Source: Amoeboradix gromovi X-113 | Taxonomy: Eukaryota > Fungi > Sanchytriomycota | NCBI GenBank assembly: GCA_018985225.1 | Contig: JADGIF010000430.1 | Coordinates: 1 to 8,732, forward strand | Direction: 5' to 3' | Length of the DNA: 8,732 nucleotides | Shown here: one piece after another, positions 6,701 to 8,732 of the stretch | Layout of the letters: every line of letters starts with the position of its first letter | Numbering within the stretch: the stretch's first letter is position 1 | Notes under the pieces: model-generated | Databases searched by the model: none | The model's input: the letters and a program-made list of their open reading frames with translations, nothing else | What the model was told of the DNA's origin: nothing | Translations under genes and position numbers: made by a program

Positions 6701-8352
6701 ATGGCACTTCAAGTCCCTGCACAACAATCAGCAAACCTCTTCAAAGAAGGATATAAACACTTTGTGGGCATCGAAGAAGCAGTTATACGTAACATACAGG
6801 CTATCAACGAACTTGTTCAGATCTTATCTACAAGTTATGGTCCTAATGGCCGTAACAAACTGATTGTAAATCATTTGCTAAAACACTTTGTTACCAGTGA
6901 CGCGAGTACAATACTTCGTGAAATCGAAGTCAACCATCCTGCTGCCAAATTAATTACAGACTGTGCCTCAGCTCAGCAGCAAGAAACTGGCGATTTGACT
7001 AATTATGTTTGCATCATAGCTGCTCAAAGTTTAAACTATTGCATAAAACTATTGCAGTGGGGTATAGCACCTAGTGTTCTTAGTGAAGCATTTGTTTTGG
7101 TGAAAGAAGAAGCTCTGAAAGCATTGGAAAAAGCTGTTATTGGTGAGGCTGTGTGGCCTGATAGTAAATTAGTCGCTGACGCTATTAAAACAGCTATTAG
7201 TGCGAAACAGAATGGATTGGAAGACTTGTTGACATCTTTAGTTTTAGAAGCTATCACAATCGTCCAACCTAAACAGCAATCTGAGTTTGACGTAGACCGC
7301 GTTAGAGTAGTCAAAATTCTTGGAGGGTCGATTTATGAATCAACTGTTATTAGTGGTATGGTATTTCATCGCGAACCTGAAGGATCAATCAAGAATGTGA
7401 GTAACTGCAAAGTAGCAATTTATACTTGCCCGTTGGATATTGCTTCACCAGAAACCAAGGGTACTGTATTAATTAATAGTGCTGATGAATTAGCAAACTA
7501 TTCCAAGTTAGAAGAGGAAAAGTTATTGCAGGAATTAACGGTTATTAAAGACGCAGGTGTTCAAGTCATTGTTACTGGCGGTAGCCTTAACGAGCTAGCC
7601 ACTCACTTTTGTGATAGATTAGGTATTGCCATTGTTAGATGTCCAAGTAAGTTTGAACTGCGTAGACTTTGCAGAGTAGTTAATGCTGTGGCAATGACAC
7701 GTATCGGTGCTCCAACAAAGGAGGAATTAGGATCTGTTGACGTGTTTGAGACAATTGAGATCGGAAGCGACAGATGTACTGTTTTTCGACAAGTTCAATC
7801 AACTTCAAAAACTGCCACTATATTACTGCGTGGAGGAACTCAACCATTCTTGGACGATGTGGAGAGAGGAATTGAGGATGGTGTGTTAATATTCAAGTCG
7901 TTAACTAAAGATTCAAGAGTTGTGGGTGGCGCTGGAAGTACCGAGTGCTTTTTAGCTAAATCATTGCGAGAATCAAAAGTAAAATACCCTGGATTAGAAA
8001 CCAAGGCATTTGACGTAGTAGCAGATGCCTTTGAAGCTATTCCTCGTATTATAGCTGAGAACAGTGGATTTGATGTAGTTTTATGCTAACTTAGGGAATG
8101 AAGTACGTTGCGGCTATTAAAAAGCAACAGGCTAAGGGCGAGATGTATTGCGGAGTAGACATCGAAAGCGAAGTACCATTGAATGCTAAAGAAGCCAAAT
8201 TACTGGACATTTATTATGCCAAAGCTTGGGCGATTAGATTTGCATTGGATGTTAGTAGCACAGTGTTGAAGATTGATCAAATTGTCATCAGTAAGCCAGC
8301 AGGAGGACCTAAGCCACCTAAACAGGGCGGACATTGGGATGATCAGGATTAA
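6701..8352 (+). CDS. CCT8: Chaperonin CCT/TRiC subunit theta; join(6701..8074,8095..8352), 543 aa
   Basis: TSYGPNGRNKLIVNHL, VTSDASTILRE, HPAAK, ETKGTVLI, SKFELRRLC and LDDVERGIEDG motifs, with the theta-type C-terminus KPAGGPKPP...WDDQD in the second ORF. Removing 8075-8094 joins the two ORFs in frame (NSGFD-GMKYV). Confidence 0.96.
8075..8094 (+). other. 20-nt spliceosomal intron in CCT8 (phase 0)
   Basis: GTAGTTTTATGCTAACTTAG: GT donor, GCTAAC branch point and TAG acceptor. It contains the stop codon that ends ORF 6701..8089, and its excision restores the frame. Confidence 0.88.
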
Positions 8353-8732
8353 TAAATTGATGTTTACTACATAGAGCTCTTGATCTTATTTGAGTAAAAC
8401 ATTTATCATGATTAAATGAGTTGTATTACTCCAATCTAATCTCTTTCCGGACTTTGATTGCATAACACCCGTGGCTCTTTCTTTTCATAAATTTCAAATG
8501 GCTCCAAATCATCTCATCCTAAACATGGCAAAGTAAAGTACCGTTGGCGTGAAAGTGAAAAAGACAAAAAATAAACAACTCTCAATATCATAGGACTTCT
8601 TTTTATTCGTGCTGCTATTTCGTCACCATTCAACATTTTGCAGATCTACGACTTGGCAATTTTATCGCATCAGAATATGCGAAATGAAAAGAACTCAAAG
8701 CTCATTAGAGTTGCGACCATTCAAAAACAATA

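Noticed and set aside
2798-8352. Alternative genetic code (TAA/TAG = Gln) to explain the broken frames
   Set aside because: Conserved genes (RPL29, RBX1, CCT8) end at TAA at their expected C-termini, so the standard code applies.
8098-8352. Separate 84-aa gene
   Set aside because: It is exon 2 of CCT8.
8353-8732. Possible gene fragment at the right edge
   Set aside because: The frames examined are interrupted by stops and show no recognisable motif.

Overview
Gene-dense, AT-rich, intron-poor eukaryotic DNA, most likely from an early-diverging fungus (fungal SEC66; RPL29, RBX1, TRS33, CCT8 and a TPR gene, with gaps as short as 22-27 nt). The left ~2.4 kb is the 5' part of an IS630/Tc1-mariner transposon on the minus strand. 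It carries three tightly packed co-oriented genes: an intact-looking DD34E transposase with an acidic tail, a 120-aa ORF of unknown function, and a Fanzor1-like (eukaryotic TnpB) RNA-guided nuclease gene. The Fanzor gene has a single-base frameshift and runs off the window edge. A second, decayed TnpB/Fanzor2-like C-terminus followed by hairpin-rich sequence (possible omegaRNA relic) lies at ~4270-4566. CCT8 is split by an unusually small 20-nt GT-AG intron. All family assignments come from motif recognition; no database searches were run.
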